A stretch of 42,406 nt of DNA, from the IMG/VR virus record IMGVR_UViG_3300020049_013145, one strand, 5' to 3'. A program made the translations under genes and the position numbers. This document shows, in pieces, positions 7,244-17,455 of this stretch. Below the pieces are notes generated by a model, which made no database searches, had not been told where the DNA came from, and saw only the letters and a list, made by a program, of their open reading frames with translations. This stretch comes from a virus. Each line of letters begins with the position of its first letter. Positions within the stretch are counted from its first letter, which is position 1.

Positions 7244-10200
7244 TCATTGAGAAGATCCTGGTTTTCCAGTTATTAGGCCACGCGTAAAATCAACTGGCCC
7301 ACTAGGATCTGCTTTTCCTTCCGACACATCAGACAGGTAACCAATTGGTCTGGCAAGAGGTGAGAGCGGAAGCCCTGTTGCAAGACTTAATGCGGTGAGT
7401 AGATCTCGTGCCGCCTTCTTCTTACTCCCGTCTTCAACGATTGCATTGTAGACAGAGCTCGGTGCTTTGACCGCACTCTCAATCATCGAGACCGCTGGTG
7501 AGGTTGAGATTCGATCGTCATACCATTTGTCGTTAAATGAGTTGATGCCAGCTTGCACCGTTGGGCCAACCACTGGGAATAGAGCGGTTGCTGATCTGAA
7601 TTGCCCTAAGAAGAAAGTTGACATCAAGTCATCTAAGTACTCGTCGTCATCGTCACTATCTAAGGATCCGCTCATGCTTCGAACAATGAGCTCGCCAACA
7701 ACTGCTGGGACCATAAAGCCAAACGTATAGAGGTAGAGCGCACGCCCTGCGCCCTTCTTTAAACCCATGTCGCGTGCAACCTTAATGAACTCAGTGCCAA
7801 GAAGGTTTGCCTGCATATTGAAGTAGGAATAGAACTGTGTGAATGCACGAACAAATGGAGTGCCTGTCTCAAAGCGAGACACGTCTTCAGGACTTAAAGA
7901 TCCTTGAGTCTGCCTCACAGTTGAGTCCGCCTCTTTTACAGCTTCCTTCTCAGTCTCCCCATTCTCTACAGCCTGATCATATGCTCCTGACCACACAACC
8001 GTATCGATCAGATTCTGAGACGCAGTCTGCAAAAAGTATCCATGCTTCTTTCCAAAGTCTCTGGCCTTCTCGTACTTCGTTGGATTAAGCAGTAGTTCGT
8101 CAATCGTTTGATTGATCTCAGAGGCTGAAGCATCCATTCTATTTCGCATGAACTCAGACTTGTCTTTCACGTCATCTGAGTACTTCTTTGGCGCTTTCAT
8201 ATATGACCAAAGAGAGTCTCTTAAGTATTTAGGTTTGACCTTTGTCGCTGCAATCGACAGACCTGTGACGTTTTGAAGCGTGTTCACCACGTTTGCCGTC
8301 ATGACTGCTAATCCAGTCCTGGCTCTAATCTCTTTAAAGAAAGTATCTAGCGCACGTCCTCCCCACCCATTTGATGGAGTAGAGATCTTCTGCTGAGCTG
8401 CACGCTGAAGCCATGGCACAAGCATATCACCGCCAACAGTTGGGTCAAAGGCATCGAGCGTTCGTCTAAAGCCACGGTCCATCACAAGCCTTGCCACTTC
8501 TTTTACGTGTGGTTCGATCTCTGAGAACCTAAGAACCTTATCAAGCTGCATTGGCACAAGCTTTAGATCCATCACAAGAGGCGCGGCATAGGCGTCCACC
8601 CGAGACTTCGTGAATCCACGACCTGCAGTTGGAAACATAAAGCTATTGTTTGATTTCTCAATAGACTCTTTCTCGTTTCTAATTGCTGCGTCTTGAGAAA
8701 GAAACGAGTCAACAGTGGCTGGTGCGTATCCGCCACGGTAGTTACCAAACGGCGTCTTTACCTCTTGGGCCGTGACCTCGTTAAAGTATCTGCCATACAT
8801 CTGCTTATGTGCTTTTTGGGCAGCGGGCTTTGTCTCTTCAAATAGATCCCAAAGCCCTTGAAGAACGTCATAGTCCTTCTTCGTCAGCACACCTTCGTTC
8901 CACATGCGGGTAACAAAGGCATCCCAGCGAGCGGTATTCAATGCGCCAGTTGAGTCAATCTCTCCCCACTGTCTTCCACGAAGTAGCTTTGATAGGTTAC
9001 TCTCGTTACCTGTGTGGAGCATTGCACCTAATAGTTCAGCCTTACTTCCAAACTCGTAGTTTAGTTCTGGAGATAGGATCTTCTTAGGGCCAAGGTCTTT
9101 CTCAATGGGCTTGATCACGTCTAGGAACTTCTTAAGATAGCCCTTCTTTACTTCACGAAACCTAGTTGCAGCTTCAGAGATTGGGTTAAAGATAATGTCC
9201 TTAAAGTCATTACTGCTATCGCCATCCATTGCACTGGCCCAGCTCTCAACGCGCCTTAACGAGGCCCTAACACCAAGAAGACCCATCTTTGTCTTATCCC
9301 AGGTTGTTGCTGCCTTATCGTATTTACCCTTCTCTTTGAGCTCTGTGATTTGAGACAAGCGCTCTTCAAGCTTAGCCTTTGCCTCATCTCGGTCCATCAT
9401 CTTGCCATCGACTTCGATCTGCTTTGTAGTACGCGCCAAGCTCCAGATGCTTTCAATCGCATCGCTTAAGTTTACGAAGTCATCGTATGATAATTGATTA
9501 TAATCTGAAGTGGGTTGCGCGTTGCTTACGACAGAGTCAACGATTGCAGACACCGTCTCGTATGTCTCAGGATCATAGCGCTTTATCTGATCAAGGTATT
9601 CGGATACTGGCTTATCTTTCTTGCCAACTCCGTACTCAGCAAGGATTGCACGAGCAGCATTTACAAGATCAATGTCACGAGACTTTGCAATAGCCTCATC
9701 TGCGCGACTAAGCTTCTTCCACTTATCCACCTCAATCTCTACATGCTCTTGCGCTTCTACAGCTGCACGATAGAGTTCGTGGTTTAGAAGCTCTTTTCTC
9801 TTGGCATCAAACGCACCTTCGATATCGCCCTTGGCAAGAAGCTGACCAGCGGTCTTTGCATACTTTGCCTCAGCTCTTTGGAATACATGTGGGCTTAAGT
9901 TCTTTACTTCGCGCCTTGCAATAATGCCACGCGCCTGATCGCGTACAGCCTTCTCGGTCGGCACGCGCCGTGAGACCTTGCGGATAGCGTCTTTGAGTAC
10001 TGGCATATTATTCGATGCCAAGTGCTCAAGCTCAAGTCTTAAGACCTGCGATCGCTTCTCATTGTGAATGGCTTTCATCGTTTCTTCAGGAAGCTTTCCG
10101 TCAGTTAAGAGATCGGGATAGAGTTCGGCCATACGCCTTGTTGCTTCAGCTTCGATGAAATCTTCTTTGGCAGGAGCTGCAGCTAATTGCTGTAGCATTG

Positions 10201-13200
10201 TCTCACCAGAAGAAAACCCAAGTGCGTCAGCTACGATATCTGGATTAAGGCCGCCTTCTTTTTCAGTAGCCACAATCTTCTTAGGAAGTGTTTTAAAGAA
10301 ATCTTTACCAAGCGTGTCTAGTACTGCATCCTTATTGATCTTAAGTTTAGAACCATCGGGAAGTAACTCATCAGATCGCAACCTATCGATTGCCATGTAG
10401 ACCGTGCTATCTTTGATCTCATCTGCAATCTCAAGACGAAGCTTCTGCTTTCGCTCATCCCACCATGGCTTAAGCTCGCGCGTGTAGTCGCTCATGACTT
10501 TCTTTACGACCTGGTCTTCAGCTGCAATTCTTGATTCCTCAATAGCCTTGGCATAGGCCTCAGCCCTTGGACCTGTCATGCCGCTCTTTGCTACGTCGGC
10601 AAACAGTGGATCTGCATTCTGTTGCGCTTTGGCCCTGGCTATCTCTTCATCTGTCGCAAGTAAGCGATCAAAAACACCACGAACTTCAGGCGAGAGCTCA
10701 ACATTAAGAGACGTCAATCGCTTATAGATCGAGACAAGCCAAACCTTAAACCTTGAGAAAGCCTTACGAAGACCTTCACTCGGTGCCTTACCTTCCATGA
10801 GATACGCTTCAAAGCTTCTTGCAAACTGCTCATGCTGCTCGACAGAGAACTTGCCATCAGTCTGTCCACCAAGTGTCTGAACAATTGTGTCGTAGTCATC
10901 TTTGATCTGCTGAGGAGCGTTCTCTCTTTTGGCAAGGTCACCCAAGATCTCTAAATAGAAGTGACCTGTCTCATGCAGGAAGGTTGACTTATCAGCGCCC
11001 TCAAGTAAGTCGATCCTGAAGTTACGGCCATTGATCGTGATCTGCCCACGTGGAGCATTACTGTCATCTCTTTGAAATAGGGAGAACCCTTCGTTTAACG
11101 CAGCTTCTTTTAGTTGAGGCGTCAGCTCTAGAGAGTGAACCTTATTTGTTACCCGATCACTCTGCGAGGAAAACTCTTTTAACCCTGACTCAGCCTCTTC
11201 CTTAGAAGAGAAGTCGTCTGATATTATTTCTCCATCTTCATCAATAATATTCCAAAGTCCATCTTCGTTTTCTTCAACGCTATACTCAGATCCTGCCTTT
11301 TCAGATAAGCTTGAGGACTCAACCTTAGCGCCGTACTTCTTTCCAAACTTATTGGCATAGTCGACAAGGATCTTATCGTAGAATCCTTTCATGCCTTCTC
11401 CGCCAACCTTTAGGTCAACTCCTGAGAACTTCTTAGCCTTGCCCTTGGTGTAGTTTGAAGAGAGGATCTTCTCTGACAAGTCCTTCCCAAGCACATCTGG
11501 AAGCTTATCTGCAGATACAGATGTCTCATGAGAGACTGGGTTACTGTCTTTTACGGCGCGAACATTGTAGGTGCCGTCTTCATTTTTTGCAACAAACACA
11601 GCGTCAACTTGATGGCTAAGATCATACCGATCAGCCTGTTGTTCACCAGTGGTCCAAGCAACGCTGTCATAGCCCTTCTCAGCTGCTTCACGAATCAAGC
11701 GCTTTAGAACGAACTCATGCCAGGTCTTCCTGAATGGAGCGTCTGGGACAGATCCTTGACCTGCTTTTAATGTCACTCTATTAAAATCAGCAAGTGCTTC
11801 TTCTTTTGTTGTGGCAAATCCGGCAATCCTACCTTGTTTATCTCTGACCTTCCAAGTGCTGTGATCTGGTCCTTCTGGATCATGTTGAAGCCAATACCCA
11901 TCTGGAAGATTGTCCTCTGTTACTGGAGCTACATCTTCTTTGTATCCCTTCTTTCTTCCAGCTTGATGCCAGTCTGACTGGATCTCTTCAACAAACAAAA
12001 CCTTCTTGCCATCGGAATCTATGCGGTCATTGAGCCTTGTGTGCGCGAGCACGTTAGCTTCGTCGAAGTGGGAGGATTGGTAGGTTTCAGATTTATCAAA
12101 CTTATTTGCCTTCTCCCAGGCCTTGCCCTGTTCTATCTCAAGAGCTTCAATTTCTTTGCGGACCTTTAATGGTCGGTCTTTGATCGTAGGGTATTCTTTT
12201 CGAATCTCTTTTAGTCGATCGTCAATTTCTTGTATCCGGCTTTTAGCTTCAGCCACATCAGTCGGCTCTTGTGCAGGCAAAGTAAACAGAACCTCTCGGT
12301 AGTTCTCTCCGCCTGGTAACGTGTACTGCGCAAACTTGGTTGTGCCTGACTTATTTTGTTTAAGCTCTTCAAACAGAGAGGATCTCTCGGCTTCCCAAGC
12401 GGCATCTCTTTCTCTATCTGGGACGGCATCTATTGCATCAATTTTACTTTGGATGTCATCTGATCCTGAGAACTCAGCCTTCGTGACTTCCTGGATCTCA
12501 AGCGCATTGGCGCGAAGAAAGTCTAGTAGGTCCTGCTTTGAGACCTTTTCTTTACCTTTTAAGAACTCATCAATGCCCGACCACTTCATCTCCTCAGGCT
12601 TGATGTCCCGGAGCATACCTTTAATCTGCTCAGGCGAAGCGGATCCACCCATCTTTTGCTCAACGGTTTGCTGGAGTTTAGAGTAAAAGGCTGGAGCTTG
12701 GCCACTAGAGCCATCCTGAAAGTAACGAAATCGAGACCTTAGCTCATTGACGCGTTGCTCAAAATCAGATACACTGATATTGCCTTCGGGTGAGACAGGG
12801 CCAACTTGTTGCCCAGCAATGGGATTTGAACTCACAGGCCCGCCCGAAGGCTTTCCTTCACCTATGATCTCAACCTTATCCACCTCACCTTGCTTCACAT
12901 CCAAAGACACCATGTAGTCCTGCCCGTTCATTTGAACTGGAGCAAAGAAGACTTGGGTAGGCGGTTCACCTGGTCTGATCGATGGGCGGTCAAAGACGTA
13001 GACTGCGTTACGTGCGATCTGTGGGAGCCCACTTGCTACACGTACGAAGTTCTCAAATAGGGCTGGGGCTTTCTTCTTATTGCGATACTGGGCACGGTCA
13101 AATAAAGCACCAGCTCGGTCAACAATCTTATCAGCTGTGTTCTTCGTAAGTCTAATCTCTTGGCCTGTGTGCGTGTTGGTAAACGTGCCTGCACCAAACG

Positions 13201-15217
13201 CACCTTTGGCAAGAGCTGCCTTTAGGCTTGTCGGATGCTGGACCTTACTCTTGACCATTGCACCTGACTCAAAGCTTGAGATGGGGACATTCTGTGGGAG
13301 AGGAGCTGTGGTTTGCCGAATCTCAGAGTTCTTTGCTTCAATGCCTTGAGACACGGCTGACTGATTTAGTGTCTGCCCATCAGTCTCTGTATCTCCGTTA
13401 CCAATCTTAAGACCAAACTGATTAAAAAGGTCAAGTGGGCTAACTCCAGTTCTTTCACCTAAGGACTTGAATGCCGACTCATAAATCTGTGCATAAGTCT
13501 CTGCGCTTTTCGCGTCTTGGCCAGAAGCCTTAAGCTGCTCAACTACATTGTCACGAACAACTCTTGCTTGTGTTCCACTATCTTCCACAGCGCCTTCTTC
13601 AGCCGTTGCAGCTTTTGCCTCAGCATCGAGCGCACCTTTTACTTCAGCGCCTTCAGCCTTTGCCTCATTGACTGATAAACTTGTTGGATCAAACTTAACG
13701 TCATCAGCCAAACCCTGATAGTACTCCGTGCCCACAACCTTCTCAACCCAGGTGGAGAGCGGAATCTTTATATCAGTGCCAGTCTCTTTAGACTCAGTGT
13801 ACGCATCGAGTGTGCCGATGTCTTGCATCGCCTTAGTCGGGTTTATCTTCTTTGACTGGAAGTATGTATCGATTGCCTCTGTTGAGATGTAGAGATTCTC
13901 AACTGGTGAGTCCTTTGTGATGTTCTCAACGTACTGCCTTTGAGCTTCAGGCAACCTCTCTCTGAGCTTTGATGCCGCCGCTGTATTGCCAAGCGAGAGA
14001 TAGAAATCACGAGTGAGTGTCGAGTTCCTGATCTTAGCACCACGAGATAAACCAGCACCAATGGCACTAGGTGCAGTCATTGCTCCGCCAGATGCTCCAC
14101 CAATAATAAAAGAATCGAGCGCTCGCTGTCCTATGCCTTCAAGTGCATCAGGGTTTACGCCTGTAATGTAATCAGTAAGGTCTTGTGCAACAGAGGTTAG
14201 GGCTTCTTCGTTTGCCTCACCTGCGCCTGTGTAGAGAAGTGTTTTGGCAAAGTCCTTAAAGACTTCAGTTGAGACTTGCTTTCCATACTCTTTGGCAATC
14301 GCATTCTCCCAACTCTTAAGTAGACCGAATGTTCCAAGGCTTTCAAACGAGGATTCAATTGCACCCTTAGATACAGCGTTGAGCGTGCCAGTGAGTGGGT
14401 CAACTCCTGCCTCACGGTTATCTTGGTTAGAAGAGGAAGCAGTTGTAACGCCAGCACCTACTAGTGCAGGAACACCAAAGCCAAGTAACGTGCCTGCAAT
14501 GATTGCTGCCTGCTGAGGCGCATTTGCTGCAAACTGAGCGGCAAGCGTCATTCCTGCGCGCTTATAGTTTCCTTGGGATATCTCATTTGTAATGCTTCGG
14601 TCCATCTCAGGAGTTTTAAAGGCTTCAGCTGCGCGGTCATAATACTTTGCCACAGGGTTATTGATTGCCCAGTCAGGGGACTTAACCATGAGATCAGAAC
14701 GACCAGCGGCCTTTGCCACAAGGTTCTGAGGCACAGCTGCTACGTCATAGGCAAGTGCTGGCACACGGGCCACACTCCCATACATAGAGGCAAGCCCTGA
14801 GTTTAAAGAGGAGTACATCATGGAGAGCATCGAGTGGTCTTGAACCGCACGTTCAGTCTCTCTTAGGTTACCTATGTCATCTCTTGCAACACCTGCATTA
14901 TTCGTATCTTCTAACCAGCCAGCAGTCTTAGGCGACTTCTCAATCAACTCATCATAGTCTGTGCTCGTGCCAGGTTGTGCTTGAGACAACGTATCGTAGT
15001 TTCGCTCAACAATGGATGAGGGAAGGTTCATCTTCTTTGATATCTCAAGAACCTTTGCCTGACGATCTGGCTCTACCTTTTCAGCAACGAACATCGATTG
15101 CTTAAGGGCTGACTTCTTTACACTCAAGTCATCGGCTACCATGGTGTCGTACTCGTTAGCCTTAACTACAGGCGCACCTTCGGCTAGCATGTCATCGTAT
15201 TCATTTATCGGTGCCAT
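7244..15217 (-). CDS. Giant (2,657 aa) virion-internal / ejection-type polyvalent protein with a zincin-like HExxH motif
   Basis: Uninterrupted 7,974-nt ORF in the position of T7 gp16. HETGH is encoded at 10961-10975. Hydrophobic segments lie near both termini (e.g. IIAGTLLGFGVPALVGAGV, LYLYTFGFMVPAVVGELIV). Confidence 0.85.
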   Translation of the reverse strand: MAPINEYDDMLAEGAPVVKANEYDTMVADDLSVKKSALKQSMFVAEKVEPDRQAKVLEISKKMNLPSSIVERNYDTLSQAQPGTSTDYDELIEKSPKTAGWLEDTNNAGVARDDIGNLRETERAVQDHSMLSMMYSSLNSGLASMYGSVARVPALAYDVAAVPQNLVAKAAGRSDLMVKSPDWAINNPVAKYYDRAAEAFKTPEMDRSITNEISQGNYKRAGMTLAAQFAANAPQQAAIIAGTLLGFGVPALVGAGVTTASSSNQDNREAGVDPLTGTLNAVSKGAIESSFESLGTFGLLKSWENAIAKEYGKQVSTEVFKDFAKTLLYTGAGEANEEALTSVAQDLTDYITGVNPDALEGIGQRALDSFIIGGASGGAMTAPSAIGAGLSRGAKIRNSTLTRDFYLSLGNTAAASKLRERLPEAQRQYVENITKDSPVENLYISTEAIDTYFQSKKINPTKAMQDIGTLDAYTESKETGTDIKIPLSTWVEKVVGTEYYQGLADDVKFDPTSLSVNEAKAEGAEVKGALDAEAKAATAEEGAVEDSGTQARVVRDNVVEQLKASGQDAKSAETYAQIYESAFKSLGERTGVSPLDLFNQFGLKIGNGDTETDGQTLNQSAVSQGIEAKNSEIRQTTAPLPQNVPISSFESGAMVKSKVQHPTSLKAALAKGAFGAGTFTNTHTGQEIRLTKNTADKIVDRAGALFDRAQYRNKKKAPALFENFVRVASGLPQIARNAVYVFDRPSIRPGEPPTQVFFAPVQMNGQDYMVSLDVKQGEVDKVEIIGEGKPSGGPVSSNPIAGQQVGPVSPEGNISVSDFEQRVNELRSRFRYFQDGSSGQAPAFYSKLQQTVEQKMGGSASPEQIKGMLRDIKPEEMKWSGIDEFLKGKEKVSKQDLLDFLRANALEIQEVTKAEFSGSDDIQSKIDAIDAVPDRERDAAWEAERSSLFEELKQNKSGTTKFAQYTLPGGENYREVLFTLPAQEPTDVAEAKSRIQEIDDRLKEIRKEYPTIKDRPLKVRKEIEALEIEQGKAWEKANKFDKSETYQSSHFDEANVLAHTRLNDRIDSDGKKVLFVEEIQSDWHQAGRKKGYKEDVAPVTEDNLPDGYWLQHDPEGPDHSTWKVRDKQGRIAGFATTKEEALADFNRVTLKAGQGSVPDAPFRKTWHEFVLKRLIREAAEKGYDSVAWTTGEQQADRYDLSHQVDAVFVAKNEDGTYNVRAVKDSNPVSHETSVSADKLPDVLGKDLSEKILSSNYTKGKAKKFSGVDLKVGGEGMKGFYDKILVDYANKFGKKYGAKVESSSLSEKAGSEYSVEENEDGLWNIIDEDGEIISDDFSSKEEAESGLKEFSSQSDRVTNKVHSLELTPQLKEAALNEGFSLFQRDDSNAPRGQITINGRNFRIDLLEGADKSTFLHETGHFYLEILGDLAKRENAPQQIKDDYDTIVQTLGGQTDGKFSVEQHEQFARSFEAYLMEGKAPSEGLRKAFSRFKVWLVSIYKRLTSLNVELSPEVRGVFDRLLATDEEIARAKAQQNADPLFADVAKSGMTGPRAEAYAKAIEESRIAAEDQVVKKVMSDYTRELKPWWDERKQKLRLEIADEIKDSTVYMAIDRLRSDELLPDGSKLKINKDAVLDTLGKDFFKTLPKKIVATEKEGGLNPDIVADALGFSSGETMLQQLAAAPAKEDFIEAEATRRMAELYPDLLTDGKLPEETMKAIHNEKRSQVLRLELEHLASNNMPVLKDAIRKVSRRVPTEKAVRDQARGIIARREVKNLSPHVFQRAEAKYAKTAGQLLAKGDIEGAFDAKRKELLNHELYRAAVEAQEHVEIEVDKWKKLSRADEAIAKSRDIDLVNAARAILAEYGVGKKDKPVSEYLDQIKRYDPETYETVSAIVDSVVSNAQPTSDYNQLSYDDFVNLSDAIESIWSLARTTKQIEVDGKMMDRDEAKAKLEERLSQITELKEKGKYDKAATTWDKTKMGLLGVRASLRRVESWASAMDGDSSNDFKDIIFNPISEAATRFREVKKGYLKKFLDVIKPIEKDLGPKKILSPELNYEFGSKAELLGAMLHTGNESNLSKLLRGRQWGEIDSTGALNTARWDAFVTRMWNEGVLTKKDYDVLQGLWDLFEETKPAAQKAHKQMYGRYFNEVTAQEVKTPFGNYRGGYAPATVDSFLSQDAAIRNEKESIEKSNNSFMFPTAGRGFTKSRVDAYAAPLVMDLKLVPMQLDKVLRFSEIEPHVKEVARLVMDRGFRRTLDAFDPTVGGDMLVPWLQRAAQQKISTPSNGWGGRALDTFFKEIRARTGLAVMTANVVNTLQNVTGLSIAATKVKPKYLRDSLWSYMKAPKKYSDDVKDKSEFMRNRMDASASEINQTIDELLLNPTKYEKARDFGKKHGYFLQTASQNLIDTVVWSGAYDQAVENGETEKEAVKEADSTVRQTQGSLSPEDVSRFETGTPFVRAFTQFYSYFNMQANLLGTEFIKVARDMGLKKGAGRALYLYTFGFMVPAVVGELIVRSMSGSLDSDDDDEYLDDLMSTFFLGQFRSATALFPVVGPTVQAGINSFNDKWYDDRISTSPAVSMIESAVKAPSSVYNAIVEDGSKKKAARDLLTALSLATGLPLSPLARPIGYLSDVSEGKADPSGPVDFTRGLITGKPGSSQ

Positions 15218-15232
15218 AGACCTACCCTTGCC

Positions 15233-16948
15233 TTAGTACTGATCACTTGTGACCATCTTTTGAATTTTTCGATTATATAGATCTGAGATGGCCTTATCCG
15301 TAACCGGCCTATTATTCTTCCTAAGCGCTTCTTCGATCTTAATCCTGTCACCGCGTGGAACGTCTTTGGCTGAGACTTCGATCGTCTCACCAGAGGTAAG
15401 TTGGTAGGCTGACTTCTTCGTATCCCACAACCATCCCTTTGAAGTAACGCCCTTTACAATAAGGTTATCGACAATGGCCTGCATCTCTTCATTGGTTGCC
15501 TTGCGTCCTAGCTTCTCTTGCAATGCACGTTGCTGGTCATCAGCCTGGCGTCTAAAGAGGGCAACATTCTTTGCATCGTTTGATCCAGCCTTTGGAGTGG
15601 GGTCAACGCCTGCAGCAAGAAGGGTATCATTTACAATCTGCGCGTCACCCCTAAACCCATCAAGAGTCTTAAGAGAACTAGGATCGTTTGAACGCATGCC
15701 AGCCTGAAGCTCAATCAATTGATGAGTCTCTTGCTTGGTCATCTTTGCCATGAATTGTCGTATATCAGTTTGAAGGAACCGCTCTTTAGTCTGAGGGGTT
15801 GAAGCCATGGTGCGTAGGTTATAATACTCCTCACCATTGGGCTCGGCTTCAATGCCTTTCTTTAACTGCTCAATCCTATTGTCAATGGCGTTGCGCTGGC
15901 CAAGATTTAGGTTGGCCCAGATCACAGCGTTAGGACGCTCCTGGGTCTGCTCAGCAATGTCAGCTGCCTGATTAAAATACTTCTCTTCACTCTGGCGTTC
16001 AGCGGCACTGGCATCAGAGGCCATCTGCCTTAGCCTGTGCTCTGTTGCTTCACGAACTTTTGGATCTTCAATCTTCTTTGCAGAACCAAGCGCTACCTTT
16101 AAATCTCCACCAGACTGAAGCCAAAATGCATCTCCCTTACGCTGAGACTCGCCACGGATAGACCCCTCTTCAACCGCCTTCTCAAGCTGAACCACATCCT
16201 GAGAGGTCATCTGATCTTTCGTACTGTCAAAGTAGTTCTTAGCCGCAAGGTCTTGTCCGTTGGCAAGCATGCGCTCAACGATTGTGGATTGAGTTTTGGA
16301 TGACGCTTCGGCAAGCTGCATCTTCACAACTTCAGGAGGCAGTCCATTTCTCTGAGCATTGTCGATGATAAGTGCACGTTGGTCGGCAAGACTTCGGTCA
16401 ACAGAGCCTGGCTTTTGATAGTTCAAAACCCCATCTTCACGAGCCGCTGCAACCCCACTCTTAAAAGTCTGTTCTTCAAACTGACGGGATTCAGCAAAGA
16501 CATGGCGCTGAAGTGATTCGTTTAGATCATTTTCTTGAGAGAGTCTGATCTTTTTAAACATCGCACGCTGTGTGTCGTTTGCAAGGCTTGCCTCTACATC
16601 GTCATTAAACTTTTGATACTTACCCCCGTACTCATCAACCGTGCCAAAAGAGTCCTTACCCTTCTTCATGGCCGCACCAGGATCGTTCTGGTCGGTGTCG
16701 TACATGAGTCTATTCTTTTCTCTAATCGTCTTGGCGTAGGCCTCTTGTGTTGCAGTGTCGTCAGCCTTTTGCTTTTCCTGCATGGCAAGATCTACGGCAA
16801 CACGACCAACCTGCTCAGTGGCCTGAGAGACTTGAGCTGCAGACTGTCCTCCACCAAAGGCCTCAAGTGGTGCATCTACACTTACTCTTGCGTTAGGTAA
16901 CCCCTGTAAACCTACTCTTTGATCGCCATATCTAGGAACTGTAGGCAC
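15233..16948 (-). CDS. Internal virion (core/ejection) protein candidate (571 aa)
   Basis: Synteny only (gp15-like slot between the small core protein and the giant protein). Charged, helical, Q/A/E-rich. Confidence 0.7.
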   Translation of the reverse strand: MPTVPRYGDQRVGLQGLPNARVSVDAPLEAFGGGQSAAQVSQATEQVGRVAVDLAMQEKQKADDTATQEAYAKTIREKNRLMYDTDQNDPGAAMKKGKDSFGTVDEYGGKYQKFNDDVEASLANDTQRAMFKKIRLSQENDLNESLQRHVFAESRQFEEQTFKSGVAAAREDGVLNYQKPGSVDRSLADQRALIIDNAQRNGLPPEVVKMQLAEASSKTQSTIVERMLANGQDLAAKNYFDSTKDQMTSQDVVQLEKAVEEGSIRGESQRKGDAFWLQSGGDLKVALGSAKKIEDPKVREATEHRLRQMASDASAAERQSEEKYFNQAADIAEQTQERPNAVIWANLNLGQRNAIDNRIEQLKKGIEAEPNGEEYYNLRTMASTPQTKERFLQTDIRQFMAKMTKQETHQLIELQAGMRSNDPSSLKTLDGFRGDAQIVNDTLLAAGVDPTPKAGSNDAKNVALFRRQADDQQRALQEKLGRKATNEEMQAIVDNLIVKGVTSKGWLWDTKKSAYQLTSGETIEVSAKDVPRGDRIKIEEALRKNNRPVTDKAISDLYNRKIQKMVTSDQY

Positions 16949-16950
16949 GA

Positions 16951-17454
16951 TTAACCCCTTGAATAAGATTTATACCCTTGCAAACCAGAGCTCACCGCCT
17001 GAAGACCGCCGGTGAGAAGAGTGTTCTTTGCCTGATTCTTTGAAGCCATCTGAGCAAAAGAGCCTTGAGCATTGTAGTTACTTGCCTGAACCTTATAGCC
17101 CCAAGCCTCACGCCAGGCGTTGTTCTTAACGGTCAGCACATCTTCAGCGCCAGCGGCTGCAGTATCGGCCTGGATATCAAGGGCTGAGTCATCGTTGATC
17201 TCAATGCCTTGAGCTGCCATGGCCGCACGCTGAGCACCGATAACACCCTTTACCTTCTTCTTAACGGCAAGTGCTTCTCTGTCTCCGCGAGCAATCGCGT
17301 CTTTTTCTTGGATCTCAGCGATCCTTGCATTCTGCTCATACTGGCTCTTCTGGTAATCGCCCTGCATTTTAAGAGCGTTTGCCTGGGAGTAGGCGCTACT
17401 TACATTGCTACCAGCCGAAAGTGCAGCTCCACCTATTGATGCTGTGGCACCCAT
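16951..17454 (-). CDS. Internal virion protein candidate (167 aa)
   Basis: Synteny only (gp14-like slot). Gly/Ala/Ser-rich ends. Confidence 0.65.
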   Translation of the reverse strand: MGATASIGGAALSAGSNVSSAYSQANALKMQGDYQKSQYEQNARIAEIQEKDAIARGDREALAVKKKVKGVIGAQRAAMAAQGIEINDDSALDIQADTAAAGAEDVLTVKNNAWREAWGYKVQASNYNAQGSFAQMASKNQAKNTLLTGGLQAVSSGLQGYKSYSRG

Positions 17455-17455
17455 A

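Noticed and set aside
7467-14800. About a dozen 60-120-aa ORFs on either strand inside the giant gene (e.g. 7467-7730, 9515-9787, 10714-10941, 12321-12686, 13080-13349, 13843-14067, 14244-14516).
   Set aside because: All lie wholly within the uninterrupted 7,974-nt minus-strand ORF, either antisense to it or in its other minus-strand frames. They have low-complexity or skewed compositions and no SD or coupling context. They are treated as shadow ORFs.
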